Below the pieces are notes generated by a model. That model was given only the letters and a program-made list of their open reading frames with translations. It ran no database searches and was not told where the DNA came from. This document shows positions 62,710 to 64,000 of a stretch of DNA of 64,000 nucleotides, piece by piece; the first letter of the stretch is position 1; each line of letters starts with the position of its first letter. Position numbers and translations under genes: made by a program. Source of the stretch: Cetorhinus maximus (lineage: Eukaryota). Location of the stretch: NCBI RefSeq assembly GCF_964194155.1, contig NC_135890.1:39370001-39434000 (forward strand), in the 5' to 3' direction.

Positions 62710-63390
62710 GACCTGTAGTTTCTTAGATGAATAAGTGCCTTAGTTGAAGTGAAGGTCTTATAAAGCAGAGGATTCTTAGTAAGCTGTGAGGCTTCTTGTA
62801 GTCAAATTTCCAGGATTTTGTTTCTCAGGTGAACTCGAAGTTTGAACAGGTTGGGGGAAAGTCCTCCCATGTTCAAGGTATTGCCGTTTATTACCTTGGC
62901 TGTGAAGATGACTCGCAGCTGGTTCGATGGCTTTCTGGTGGAACTCTGTCTGCAGAACAGTTTCTTGCTGTTATTTTAAAATCAGACAATAAAATGGTTT
63001 CTTCACCATGTGACTTGTTCAAGTTCAAAGTTCTTTTTCCAAAATGGGGTAGTGGTGTTGATTACATATCCCGTGTTGAGGTTTGACACCTTGAAATTCA
63101 CCTGGTCTAGTTTGGATGAGGGACCATCATAATACAATGAAAGATTGATGGGATTCATTCACATTCGTCTAACACACATTGTGTTTCAATGTTTCTTTTG
63201 TCCATGGTGAAACAGAAGGATGGGCCAACTGGAATACTGCAGTTCTTCTGTTGATTGTCCATCCTTAAAATGATTTGTGAATTCCTGGATGGCTGTGAAT
63301 GCCCATATTTAATTAGGTAGTTGCTTGAGACTCGGGATTGTCCAGAGTTCAAAATGCCAAAAATCACATGATTTGCAGCAGCCATTTTAA
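62710..63390 (-). pseudogene. Highly decayed coding remnant, possibly Penelope-like RT/thumb
   Basis: Cross-frame fragments (LDQVNF, SHGEETILLSDF..ARNCS, EFHQKAIE...QGNK) loosely recall the order of PLE RT C-terminal motifs. Confidence 0.3.
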
Positions 63391-64000
63391 TAGTCTGTTT
63401 GTGTTCAAAATTTTAAAGTATTGACTTAAAGTTAATGGTATACTGGAATATGACACAATGTTGTTGCCTGTAGGAGAATGTGCTGCTTTACAGGTGCAAG
63501 GGGATATCACAGAGAATATAATGGCATATATTACATGTCGAAAGAGTTGTTGGTCAAAAGTATATAAGCATGAATGCAAAGTAGATTAATTGTTCTTGGA
63601 AAATTTATATGGAAATTGACATGAAGCTTATTTAATAGCAAAATTAGATTAAATTACATGTACAATGGTAAATCTATGTACCTGAAGGTCTTTTGTTCTT
63701 TTGCAGGTAGGGTTGCAGCCTTAGTACCTCCTTTGCTAGGTATACTAGAAACAGGTCCTAGTGTTTTTGTGTCCCTGCCCTCCTCACCAGGTGCCATAAT
63801 CTCTGTGATGTCCTATTTGTATTCCCAATTTCTAAAGCATTTTTTCCCCTTTGTTTCCTTTGGACCCTCATCCATGCTTTAATAATGTCTGGACTTGACT
63901 ATTCCAACACACATCTCCCACATCCTACCCTCGGTAAGCTTGAGGTCATCTGCTGTCTGTGTCTTAACTCGCAGCAAATCCTGTTCCCCTATCAATCCTC

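Overview
Eukaryotic, repeat-rich vertebrate DNA; the repeat complement (CR1, HER1/HE1-type LINE/SINE pair, Deu-type SINEs, Harbinger, Penelope-derived hairpins) points to a cartilaginous fish (shark). The main gene is RAD51AP1 on the minus strand, which I reconstruct as 8 phase-consistent coding exons (55496 to 12941, 855 nt, 284 aa) with a 25 kb TE-filled intron. At the left end are the promoter and first two coding exons of a second minus-strand gene, probably DYRK4 by synteny, with three RFX X-box-like motifs. Most listed ORFs are TE remnants or low-complexity noise. The most notable unexplained structure is a family of short Penelope-pLTR-like elements carrying minimal hammerhead-ribozyme motifs. 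They occur as fold-back palindromes (one a perfect 194-bp zero-loop palindrome) or solo copies, three of them with 11-14 bp target-site duplications. Also present: a CR1 with a twin-priming-like 5' inversion, a near full-length decayed Harbinger, solo LTRs, MITEs and a probably false 200-N gap.
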